From Podarcis filfolensis (taxonomy: Eukaryota), in assembly GCA_964270895.1 (NCBI GenBank), contig OZ185446.1: a stretch of 64,000 nucleotides of DNA; one strand, 5' to 3'. Position numbers and translations under genes: made by a program. The notes under the pieces are model-generated. The model was given only the letters and a program-made list of their open reading frames with translations, did not search any database and was not told where the DNA came from. Positions 45,676-58,500 of this stretch are shown piece by piece (within the stretch, counting starts at the first letter, position 1; each line of letters opens with the position of its first letter).

Positions 45676-47075
45676 ATGCATTCCTTGCTGTCTCCAGGGG
45701 TTGCTTGTCCCAAGAAAGAAGTGATTTTGATTTTTTTGATTTTTATGGGGTGGGTGTGGGTGGGTGTGAAAGCAATCACTTCTGAAAGTTGTATTCTACA
45801 CCAGTGTGAAGCAAGCTGGCAGAATATGGAGTTGTTGCCTGATGTCCGAGGCACACAGAGGTGAAACTGATCTCCAAACCAGTCCAGCACTTTTGATTTT
45901 ATGAACTCATAAGGAGAAATTGTTGAACTTGGGCAGAGAAGCTATGGCTGAACTGCAAAAGGGCAGTGGGGCATCAATGAATGTAGACTGAAATCACCAG
46001 CGAAAGGGAGACGTCCAAAGTGCTGGCCACAGCCTTACTTATTAAAGGGGCAGGCCCTCTAAATACAGAAAAATAAATAAATAAAAGTAGACACCACTGA
46101 ACAAGGAATGTACTGAAACGACTTCCTTAGGGATAGAGCTAAGGGAAATAACTTGCACTAAAATACATTTAAAATACTTGATTCCATGAGTCAGTTTATT
46201 GTAGTTTTTGATTTCTGTAAAATAAGAGAAACTTTTTGTATTTATTATTGAAATAAGTGAATGAAGCTATTTTTAAAAGGAAAAGTTAGAAGCCAAGCTG
46301 CTGCTGTTACCTGCAGAACTAACAAACCCTGTTACTTTGTACAAAAGTGTAAATATTTTGAGGAATAAAGTACAGTATAAAAAAATAGTAATTGACCAAA
46401 TGCTACCAGACTTTGCAGCAGTTCGGGTGCTTATTATAAAACTTTGATAGGGATGTTACAATATGATCTCATGTATTAAAAATGCCATTACAATTGTTAT
46501 GGAATAACCAAAATCTCAATTTAAAGAGAGGTTTTACTTTATTTTTTTAATCTTTAAAGCAGGCTCAACTGTGCTCTATTAATAACTTTTTTAAGTAACC
46601 GTTAAGACTGGTAGAGAGCATGTATATTACAACTATGACTTTTGTAGATGTCTGAGGAAATTTAGACTGATTTATTTTATTTGTATTATATTGTTACATC
46701 CCTATTTCTTAAATCAGGTTTTTTGTGCTTAGAATTTGTGATAACTGTGAATAACTGCTAAAACCACCCAAAATAGAAGCTGAACATTGATTTTCTTTTC
46801 CAGAAAAAAGTAGTGGGGATTACATGAACTGTTCAGCTTACACTAAATCATGTAATGAAAATAGAAATGTGTAGTGAGAGCGTAAGTCTAATACAATAGC
46901 TGCCTTCTTTAAAAGTAAAAACAAAGAAAAAATTAGGTGTAATTGTGCTTTCAGCTGCAGGACTCTGGCAATAGGGTTTTGGAAAATGTAATTTAAAAAA
47001 TGTGTTTGTATGGATTGTTTTGTTTACATTTCTTTAAAAAAAATAAAACACTGTTTGTGTTTGCTTGTAGAAACC
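45676..47075 (+). promoter_or_regulatory. KMT2C: Probable KMT2C 3' UTR with poly(A) signals
   Basis: AT-rich and free of recognisable TEs. AATAAA at 46072, 46364 and 47042; the last is followed by GU-rich ctgtttgtgtttgcttgt and a U-tract. TGCTGCT (miR-15/16 seed match) at 46299-46305; TGTAAATA (Pumilio element) at 46348-46355. The 3' end is inferred. Confidence 0.6.
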
Positions 47076-47231
47076 TAATCAACATTTTGAAGCAGGTTAG
47101 TTTTTTTATTTTGTACTTTAAATTCTGGTACTGACACTTCACAGTCTAAATATTAAAAAAAAAATGAAGTTTTTTGTGTGCACAGCGAAAGTGGACTGTA
47201 AAACTGTTGATATATTCAGTGCTACAGTTCT

Positions 47232-47371
47232 NNNNNNNNNNNNNNNNNNNNNNNNNNNNNNNNNNNNNNNNNNNNNNNNNNNNNNNNNNNNNNNNNNNNN
47301 NNNNNNNNNNNNNNNNNNNNNNNNNNNNNNNNNNNNNNNNNNNNNNNNNNNNNNNNNNNNNNNNNNNNNNN
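47232..47371. other. Assembly gap (140 N)
   Basis: Run of N. Confidence 1.
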
Positions 47372-49383
47372 CAGTATTTGTCCTACAGGTTTTTTCTGTT
47401 CTGTATAATAGTTATCTAATGTTGGCAAAAAATGAATTTTTGAAGTATACAGAGTGTTATGGGCTTTGAAATTTGTGGAAACAGATTTAGAAGATCAGCA
47501 TTTACAAATAAAATATTTTACATCTATAAATATTACCTCTATATTTTCATTTGGAAATGTTTCTTATTTTACCAGAATGTTCCTAGATGGTTTTCTTAGG
47601 AGCCTCAAGATTTGGTACAGCACTGCACTGCCATTCAAAGAGAGAAGCAGCCATAATAATATAAAAATAAATCCATCACCTTTACTCCAAACTAAAATAC
47701 CAAAAGCAATGATTTAATTGCTAAGAGGCACATAGCCTTGAGCAGATAAAGTTGGAAGAAAGCTACAGTGCTAGTTCATATAATCTGAATGCTTCCCAGA
47801 CTATTTATAGTATATGGCTTTTGAATGATCTGCAGAGTTAAATCACTGCCCACCTCAAGAACTCCACCCAATTTTCTGTTCTGGATATCATAGCCTTCCA
47901 CATCTGGATGTAATCTGCTCAATTCTTTGAAAATAAGGTACAGTAAATATTAGGACAGATTCAAATTCCTTGAATTGGCGCTGTAACTTCCACCCCAGCT
48001 TTCTTTCTGTCTGAACACAGTGCAGCTGATAGCCATTGTTTTGTTGGATTATATACTTCATGAGGGCTGCCCTCCACTGTTTCCTAACAAGGGGTTTTTT
48101 CCCCATACTTACAGAGCTGCTAGCTTCACTAAAATGAAAGTGCAGTCTATGCTCAGAAGTGTTCATAGTGTGCTGTGTTATGTGCTGGGGACGCAGGCCT
48201 AACTAGACGACCTGTTAAAATAAGACAGGTGGCACACACTAGCTGGTATTCCATTTGTATGTTGAGCAGCATACAGTCCACAAATCAGTAAAAATTAACT
48301 CTGTGGCAAATTAAACTTAAGAAATTCTTATAAGGTACAGATCTCCCCCACCCCACCCCCTTTGGACAAGGTCTTAAGCATATTGCTCGATTTCAGAGAA
48401 AGACAGAAAATGTTTCAAACATGGTTAACCCTGAAGTATTTTCACAAGTTTATTATGCAACTGCATTTTAAACCAGTGCTGAATGAACAAATAAAGGAAA
48501 AATCAGCAATTAATGCTTTCAATCCAGAGGAAGAAATTAAAAAGTCCACACAAGTGTATTGAGATACATACATCTTGCACCATAATCATTTCTGTTGACC
48601 TCTTCACTCAGAAACTGATTATAACAGAAAAAGTACCATACTTGCTCTTAAAATGCCAATTTCATATGGTGGCACCTGAAGATTTGCAAGCAGAAAGGCA
48701 CTTCTGCTATTGCAAGTCAGCCCCTACCTGAATTCCAGTAATTGTTCCCAACTGCTGCAGCCCCCATTCCCATACTTCCCTAAGGATTCCCAGATCGTCA
48801 GGGGAGGCTTTTGGGATACAGGGGGGCAAGCAGGGAGAAGACATGAGACCCACTGTATAAACCTATTTCCACTTCATGATTCTGGATGCTGCCCAGAGTC
48901 ATCAAAATCTGTAATGACTTATTTTAAATGCTGTGACATAAAATGTTAACATGGTAACATGTTAAAATTAATGAATTAAAATTAAATACAGAGATTGGTT
49001 TAAAAATGAATATTCTTTTTCCAGATCAGTTAAAATAATTCATCATCCAAACAAAGAAAATAATAGTACAGTAATACTTGTGCAAGAAGTACTGGCAAGA
49101 CAAGGTAGTCATCTGACTATTGGAAATATTCAATATTAATTTTCTTTCCTAATTAAATACAATGGTCTAACTATTTAGAGTAGCTACATTTGCCAGGGAA
49201 GTGCAAAAAACTTACATGAATTGCACTTCTATGTGTGTAGAGATTGAAACGTGGCTGCCACAGCTCCTATTCCACTTGCTTCTTAAAGCTTCCCAAACTG
49301 TTCCGTTTCAGAAATAGCAGCAGGGACTGCAGGCTCTATAAGGTCAACTATGGGCTACTGTGGAAATGGGCCTTCACTGTCAC

Positions 49384-49515
49384 TCAGCTTTCAAAGCGCC
49401 ACTGCTGAGGGAGGGAGCCGTCACAAATTGCCATGGTCACATATCCTTTGAGGCTAAGCGGATCAGCTACCTTCATGCATTGCCCAACGGACACCTGATA
49501 GAGTCGATTATGTTT
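49384..49515 (-). CDS. GALNT11: GALNT11 last coding exon (~ex12), 132 nt, stop TGA at 49386-49384
   Basis: tttccag| [43 protein letters not shown]. Confidence 0.96.
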   Translation of the reverse strand, partial: KHNRLYQVSVGQCMKVADPLSLKGYVTMAICDGSLPQQWRFES

Positions 49516-52500
49516 CTGGAAACAGAAAAATAAAACGCAACAGTTGAGGCAAAACAGCTCAAAACCTGCTTCTGAATGAGATTATTGTCTTTGCTGGGGT
49601 GAGAAGAGCTGACCTTACCAGGGCAGTTAAAATGTTGCCCTGATTCAGTCACCACTCATCTAGAGGACAGGAACTCTGAATAACTATTCAGGCACTAATG
49701 TTTGAAGCTTGATGCTGCAGTGATCTGTTTGGATCACTTTTCTTAGCCAAATCTATATACAGTGGTACCTCGGGTTACATACGCTTCAGGTTACATACGT
49801 TTCAGGTTACAGACTCCGCTAACCCAGAAATACTACCTCAGGTTAAGAACTTTGCTTCAGGATGAGAACAGAAATCGTGCTCCGGCAGCACAGCAGCAGC
49901 GGGAGGCCCGATTAGCTAAAGTGGTGCTTCAATTCAAGAACAGTTTCAGGTTAAGAACAGACCTCTGGAACTAATTAAATACTTAACCCGAGGTACCACA
50001 GTATTGCAAAGCTGGGGAACTCTGCAAACATTACAATATGTTATCACTGTAGACAAAAAACAGTGAGATTATTGTTTCCATGAAGCTAATCCCGGAGAGC
50101 TCATCTCATGGGATATTGATATACGTCAGCCTTCTCCAGCCTGGTGCCCTCTAGATGATTTGGACTGCAGAACAGACTTTCATTTTAAAATAACCAGACA
50201 TGGTAGTAAAGATGCACATTTTCAAAATGCAATGCACTGCCCTGGCATCATTTCTTATTGGTTAGGAGGGAGGAAGCAAACAAAGCTGGAGACGCCATGC
50301 CTGCAATGCGAAGTGTCCTTCAGCTGAGCTACCCCCTGGGAAGCTGTTAAGTCTCCATTTTTTGCTTAGCGGCATATTGCCTTGTGGAAACACTTATCAC
50401 AATGTTATTTCAATACAGTACTGGTATTCAACAATAGGGCAATTTATTGCACAGCCCTGCTGCAGACACGCCCTCCAGTATGTGGAGAGTATTGAGGGGC
50501 TGGTGTTGAGAGTGCATGGCTACTCCCCAGTAGATAAATGTCTTCCATTGTTAAGTTTGTCAGGTTATTCCATGCAACCTCAAAAGGAGGTATTTGGATT
50601 TTTATTCCAACAATGGCCCATTTACATGATAGTTCACTCCTCCCCTGATCTCCATATAATTTAGATGAGCACACACATCATTTAATAGGAAACCTGTACT
50701 GAAAAACATTAGTGTGGAACTGTTAACCCATATGTGATTTTTAGAATTAGAAAATCACATACCTACCCACACAGACACACACAGAAAGAGATCTGAAATC
50801 ATCCACTCTTGTCCACAACTCACCCCAAGCACCCATTGCTGAGATCCTCCTGATCCATGGCATTTCATAAGGCGTGGTGGATCAGAAGTGCGAGATTCAG
50901 ACACATCCAAGCATAGGAGATTGTTTAGGATCAGCTCATGATCTTCATTGTAAAGCCATACCTAATAGTGGAATAATTTATTTATTTAAAATCATTTCTA
51001 AACCTCTAAGTATTGTACAAAAATACAAGAAGTAAAATAGTAACACAAAAACAACCACAAATCACTTTATAAAATATGCCACAGTGTAAAATCTCAGCTT
51101 CCTAAAGTATTTTGAAGCAGATTAATTTCCTATTAATTGCATTTAAGTAAGATTCCCTTCTTAACGTTTTCAAATTAAGCATTGAGGAGTGAAAAAAAAT
51201 CTGTTTACCTTAAGCAGAAAAAACTACCACAGATACTTATTTTCTGTGAACAAGTATGAGCTGAGCTTTAAAAAGGAAATATATTGGACCAATCTGAACA
51301 TGTGGAGAGGTGCTAGCAATGGAAAACTCCCAGTTTTCTCTCCTCCCCCCTTTTTTTGGCTTCTCTAAAATTACCTAAAAGTAGGGAGGGTGCCAGATGT
51401 TGTTTGCTTTAATTCTGAAACCCTCTAACAGCTGTGCATTTTTGGATCAGATATAATTTCTCTGGCTATTTTAAATCCACATTCATATGGGCCAGTAACT
51501 CTATTGAACTTATTTCCAGGACACGGGGCCCCTCCTTAAGGCACATTTTGAAGCAGATCTGTTCTTGGTGCCCTGGAAAGTTCCTGGAATGGACCTCAAG
51601 CACTGAGCAGAATTCTGAATGTATCACCTAGTGTAGTGAGGTACTTAAGGAATCCACAAAGCCTCCTTTTAGTAAGTGATTTTGAAGCAGACAACAGTGG
51701 CAAAAATTTGTAAAAGTAGCTAATGGATACTGATGTATTTATCTGAGTGATCAGTCCTGAAATAACAGAAAGGAAATTGATACAAACAGAAAGCTTTATG
51801 TGACGTAAGTGTCAAAAGATATAGATGACCAGAGCATACAGTGAGAAGATATCAAGTGAGAGACCCTTTTCGTGTCTATAGAGGAAGGAATTTGGGTGTG
51901 GTTTGTTCTTAATGTTATGAAGGAGTGATCAAAATAAAGCAACACTGTGGAGACTATAAAAATGAACAATGCTAGGGAAAGAAACGCAAGTAGAAAGTAA
52001 GTTCTGTCTTCGGGCACTTACCTGATTTTGATCATTGTAATCACACTCTCTGACCACAACAAGTCCTCCTTTTTGACTTGGGTGGCCTTGGGCAACAAGA
52101 CATTTATTTGTCTGAAGATGAAGCAGCTGCAAAAGAAACACACACATAAGACAACTGGAAAGTGTCTGCAATCACAATACTATTCATTCTTGCCATATTA
52201 TATAAGGGAGAGGATGGGGGAGAGCATTATGGGAAAAATGGGAGATGTTTGGAGGAAAGAGGCAGAAGGTTATTTTATGTGCTCTCTATAGAATTTCCCC
52301 TAACAACATAGGCGTAGCCAAGGGGGGGGCAGGGGGCAGCTCCCCCCCATCAAGTGAAACAATAGAAATACCTAACTGACCAATCACATCCGTTCTGCCC
52401 CCCTAACAAAAGTCCTGGCTCCACCCATGCCTAATAGTTGTATATCTAGAATAATTTTCACTAGATCAAGGTATTGTTGCAATCACAGAAGCAACTCTGT

Positions 52501-55500
52501 TGACAGATTTCTAGGAGATATGCATGGTAGAGACTAGTAAGGACACAAAACTTTTCAGCACACACACAGTAAACTATAAGCTCTTCAGGCCTATCTTTTT
52601 TTCAAAACAAAACAAAACACCACTTTTGTGTGCTGATAAGGTAACCTCAGAGACAGTGACTTTGCCCAAAGCTACTTGATGCAGTCTCAAGGCTAAGAAG
52701 AGATAAAAGAGAAAGTTGCATGCACCTATGCACATTTTTATGATGCAAAACAGGCTAATTTAGGATTAATTATATCATCCAAAATTCTTTGGAAAGGTAA
52801 GATTTTTTAATCTCCTTCCACTGTAAAGTCATTTCCAATATATGTGTTCCTAAACAAGGGTTGTCCAACACGCGGCACACAAGCCACTTGTGGTCCTCAA
52901 GGCCTTTCTTAGTGGCCCTTGCTATGTACTGAAGCTGCAGGGAACTGGAAGCGACAACATGAAAGCCTTGCCTTGGTTGGGACCAGCACAGCCACTCGTC
53001 CCAGCTGTGGCTGAGAATCCACCTTGGGGGCAGGATGAGTAGAGAGCAAGAAGGATGTGGGGGGAAAAGGAAAGGAGGGGAGTGAAAGGCAATTTCTTCA
53101 GCCAAGCAAGCAATGTCTTGCTTGCAGAAGATTCTATCATCCAGAGAGAATCCCTAACTTGAACTAGAGATAGTGAGTGTGCACACACATGTGTGCATGT
53201 GTTGAATATTTTGGTGGTGGTGGCGGCAGGGCTGGAAGCCGGAGTGGCAAAGGAGGAGAGAAGGGGGAAAGGGGCAAGAAAGCAATAAAAGCAAAATGGC
53301 AGAGCTGCAGTGAGTTGCTCATTTTCTTCGTCTCATTTTCTTTTCGTCTCTCTGCCCTGCCCCACCAAGAGCTGGTAATAACTCCCTTGCTCTTTCCTCT
53401 CCCTTCCTCTTTGCAGTCTGGAGTCCTGCCTGCATCCAGCAACTTCTCTCACACCAGGCAGCCTCCATGATTTGGGATCTTTTTGGTCACTTTTTAGGTA
53501 GGTAGGTAGGTAGATAAATGTGTGTATAATAAATAATATTAAATATATTGCAAACACTTTATGATATGGAAATTTAATTCAGTGTGTACCCCCCGCCCCA
53601 GGTTCTGTGTCAAAATACTCTTGTGGCCTACTTTGTTTGAGAGCAGGACTCCCTGTCCTAAAGCAAGAGTGCTTCTGATCAGACAAGAGATTATAGTGGC
53701 CTACAAATGTGAAAGGCGTTCATCCATAATGAAGGTTGTTAACCTGCACAGGAAGCAAGGCAAGTAAGACTGATATGATACCTTTAGCATATTTGATCTA
53801 AAAACTGCAGTGCATAATTACAGATTTTCAAAGCTACTCTTACTGCAAAGCTACACTATTTTACAGATAGAAAGTAATAATACAGTTTCTTTTAATTCAG
53901 ATGCCAGCTTTTGTGATCTTTATAACTACATTTTTCAGAGTATGATTTTAAAGAACCTGAAGAGTTAGAACAGCATCTTACCCGTCCACGTTGCAATGTT
54001 TTTGGTCGTTTTTGCCCTTTGTTGAAAAAGAGTGGCGGCGGTACTTTGGCATTAGAACCAGAAATTTGCATCTCTGGGTATATATTGTCTAAATACCACT
54101 TAAACGATTTGCAGTTCAACTTTCTTCTCAACTCTACACGATCAGTAATATTCCCATAGTTCCTTGTCCGTAATTCTGGTCGCAGAGCAAAATACTGTTC
54201 CTATGTCATAAAGAGGAAAGCGTGGTAGGAAGAATTACAGTTCAGAACAATGATTCTATTTTGAAGTGAGGATGAATACACAGGACTGAAAACAAAACAA
54301 GCAAAAAGCCAATTTCTCTGAACTGTAAACCAATGTGGTTTGTACATGCAGTGGCGTAGCGTGGGTTGTCAGCACCCGGGGCAAGGCAAGTAATTTGCGC
54401 CCCCTAACCCGTGGATTTGCGCCCCCTAACCTGTGGATTTGCGCCCCCTAACCCGTGGATTTGCCCTAACCCCAGATGATGCGCCCGGTGCGGCCGGCCC
54501 CCCCCCCCGCACCCCCCCGCTACACCACTGTGTACATGTTATAAAGCTACACTTTGAAACTACTGTGCCTATCCAGCCAATAATGACCAAGGGCAGAACC
54601 ACACATTTTGGGACCTGGGGGGTCAGCTCGCTATATTCAGTTTTTCATAGCAGCTGAAAACTGTGTCCATTTTAAAAAAATTGCCTGTCTCCCACCCTGG
54701 CTCAAAACATGTGTGTAAGTAAGAATGTGAAGATAAATAATGAACATATAACCTAAGTTAGAAAACATAACTGCAGACCCCAAAGGGCTGGGCCCCAGTT
54801 ACCCCCTCGTAACCAACGAAACCTATGCTTCAGGTAGGACCAATTTTGTTCTGATTTACTGTTTTACTACATGTCACCAAGGAAATTACAGCAATTATCA
54901 ATGCAAATTTCTAAACTTTTGTTACAACTCAGAACCTATATTGAAAGGTTCTGATACCACACAAAAAGTAGAAGATGAGAAAACTACCACTTTTCAGGAA
55001 CGGGACCAGAATTTCTGAATATCCATCCCTGCTGTGACCACCAAGGCACCCAGATACATCCACCTTTTGTTATGGCTTGTAATTATACAGTAGTGTCCAT
55101 CTTGCCTTATATTCATCCATCCACACATGAGCTAGCCGTAGAGAGTTGTGCGCCATGGTGTCCTGCCCGCCTGGGGAGCCATAAGGTCGCCTTTTACGAA
55201 AGATGTGTCCGACTCTGGAGCATGGGATGATGAGAAGTTTGCCCCCACACATCCAGATCTGCTCAGAAACAGAAGTAATTAATAAAACAAAGGATTATTA
55301 CTTAAGGTCATATTAAGCATAGGTGTGGTTTCTGAAGATGTTGGTCTATTTAACATAGTTAGAAAGGATTACAGCTGATAGAAGCTATAACTTCTAGATC
55401 AGGGTTTCCCAAACTTTGGTCTTCAGCTCTTTGGGGACTACAATTCCCATCATGCCTGACACTGGTCCTGCTAGCTGGACGTGATGGGAGTTGTGATATG

Positions 55501-58500
55501 AAAAAGGAAATTTATTTTTAAGAAAAAATAATTGTCTGGTCCGACAATAAAAGATTCCCGACGCCTAGTTTAGAAGAACTTTCAACTTTCACAGAACTCT
55601 TCAAAATTAAAGAAAATTACAGTGGTACCTCGGGTTACATACACTTCAGGTTACATACACTTCAGGTCACAGACTCCGCTAACCCAGAAATAGTACCTTG
55701 GGTTAAGAACTTTGCTTCAGGATGAGATCAGAAATCGTGCTTTGGTGGCGCGGCAGCAGCAGGAGGCCCCATTAGCTAAAGTGGTGCTTCAGGTTAGGAA
55801 CAGTTTCAGGTTAAGAACGGACCTCCGGAACGAATTAAGTACTTAACCTGAGGTACCACTGTACTGCGCAACCGTAGTGTGTAAAGAAATGCGGTTCAAT
55901 CAGGGTCCTCATCCAAGAAAAAAGGTTATAGTCTACAAAAATAGCATACATACCCGAAATGATATTTCCAGGTTTTCCCCTCCCCAGATGTCCATGCCGC
56001 TATCATATTGTCCAAGTTCATTGAAATATTCTCTGTCCATTGCAAACAAGCCTCCTGCCATTGTAGGTGACCTAAAAGAAAATGAGTGTTTTCCAAAACC
56101 ATACCTACCAATGATGGGAGGAGAGGAATGGGGGGGGGGCAAGGGCTGAAGTCACACAAAATTTAAAAAAGAGGATTGATGTGAGGTATGTATGGTTATG
56201 CATCAAATGTGGAAGTCCAGCAACGGGGGGGGGGGGGGACTGGAATACTGTCCAATCAGTAAGATATTTAAGACTAACCAAGTGGGAATAGAAACTCACA
56301 TATGATCCAAACACCTGGCTCTAATTTTTAAAAAAAATGGTGACAATGTGCCGTCGAGCTTGATTTCTACTCAAGGAAACTTTGAAAACCTGCAGAAAGA
56401 CAGTGCATACCACTCAGGAGGCAGGTAATGGCTTTTAGGAAGTTATTCTGGATCCCCAATTCTGATTTTTTTAGCGTGTGATTTTTATTAATTTTAAGTT
56501 TACTGATTGTTTTATTGTTGTGTGCCATCCTGAGAGGCCCTTATGGCTACATGGAAGGGCATAGATGTAATGAAGTAATTGAAGGAGTCTGCCACTTTTT
56601 CTACTGTATGATAAGCATTGTTCTTCCCTTACCCTCCCTCATTTGTGACACATCTCTTAGGCTTTTGTACAAGGTCTTAAGGACCTTTACTTACCAATTG
56701 TTCCCATGGCAGGTTACAAATTAAAGCAGGAGTCACCAACTTGGTGCAGAATTTGGCGGCCAGGTTGCTCACTGTTACAATACGGTTTGAACATATAATG
56801 CCAATCCTTGCCTGACTGCGCTGGCTGCCCATTAGCTTCTTGGCTCAATTCAAAGTACTGGTTTTGACCTCTAATTTTGCGTTATGGCACACTTCCTGTG
56901 TCAGCCACCAGCACTCTCTCAAAATTCTAAATGTACCCACTAGTCCAAAACATTTGGGAACCCTTGAATTAAAGGCTTGCCAAACTTGGAATGAACAGCA
57001 TTTATGGATAAGTCATTTATTACCGTATTTTTCGCCCTATAGGACGCACTTTTTCCCCTCCAAAAATGAAGGGGAAATCTGTGTGCGTCCTATGGGGCAA
57101 ATGCAGGCTTTCGCTGAAGCTTGGAGAGCGAGGGGGTCGGTGCGCACCTACCCCTCACACTCTCCAGGCTTCAGGAAGCTATCAGCAAGCCTGGGGAGCA
57201 CGCGGGAGGCAGCGGGGAGCTCGGGGGGCAGCGGGGAGGCGGAGCGCCGCCATCCCGCTGTTCCCTGACCTGGTTTGGATTCCCCGACCTGGTTTTGGGG
57301 GGGAAATAAAGGGAAAAATTATTTCCTTTATTTTCCCCCCAAAAAAACTAGGTGCGTCCTATGGACCGGTACGTCCTATGGGACGAAAAATACGGTATAT
57401 GTTGAAATTCTGATTTCAACTTTCCTGTTAAAAATTAGATGTTGAAAGAGATTTCTCCAAAGAAAATTATTGACATTTGCTGGTACAGCTCATTGCATCA
57501 ATTGGCTATCCCTTTTCTTCATTCTTCTTTTCAGTTTAAGTGTTCAGACCTAAAGATGAGTGTTGAAGCAGTTGTACCCCACTTTTTTATCTTCCCCTTC
57601 CTTGAAGGAGCACATGGTTGCATATACAGTACTCCCTTCATAATATGGTATGTTCTTTAGCATATGGTACTTAGAGAAGGTATCTTACTACATAGCATAT
57701 TATGTAGCAGCTTTGCTGCTAGCTTATTGTCTTTGTTTACATCAAGTTGTCTTTAAATGAAATATTGTTTTATTGTATTTTAATGTTTCTCACTCTGTGT
57801 GAACAATGCAGTGTGGGTTATAATATAAATAAGTAAATCTTACTTGATTGGAGAAGTGGCTCCCTCAGGGCCTTCCAGTTCTGACAAAGGAACAAGATCC
57901 CATTTAAAGTGCAGACCCCAGTTGAACCCTCCACGGACAACTGGGGAAGAGCTGTAGGTAAGCGTGTCAGCGCTAATTATATCAATGACAGGACAAACCA
58001 CTGTTTTCCGTGATTCCTGGATGGGTGTCAGCAAAGGTTGCAACCACAGCTCATTCACCTCACAGTGACTGTCCAGAAACACAAGTACCTTCCCTGAGAA
58101 AAGAGAAGCACAATAAGAACAGAGAACAAAAAGCAAAGCAATCAGAGTCAGAGTTACATGTTTTCATTATTCTACACATGCTCCACTCTAGCAGAGAGAG
58201 GGGAACAATATGAAACACAGCAGCCTTATGGGGAAATCTCAAGTACTTGGTACATCCAGAACAAAAAAATTTTTTTCCTTCCAGTAGCACCTTAAAGACC
58301 AACTAAGTTAGTTCTTGGTATGAGCTTTCGTGTGCATGCACACTTCTTCATGCACACGAAAGCTCATACCAAGAACTAACTTAGTTGGTCTTTAAGGTGC
58401 TACTGGAAGGAAAAATTTTTGTTTTGTTTTGACTATGGCAGACCAACACGGCTACCTATCTGTAATTGGTACATCCAGGTAATTCCACTTTTCTTTCTTT

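Noticed and set aside
47164-47469. ORFs spanning the N gap
   Set aside because: Artefacts of translating N
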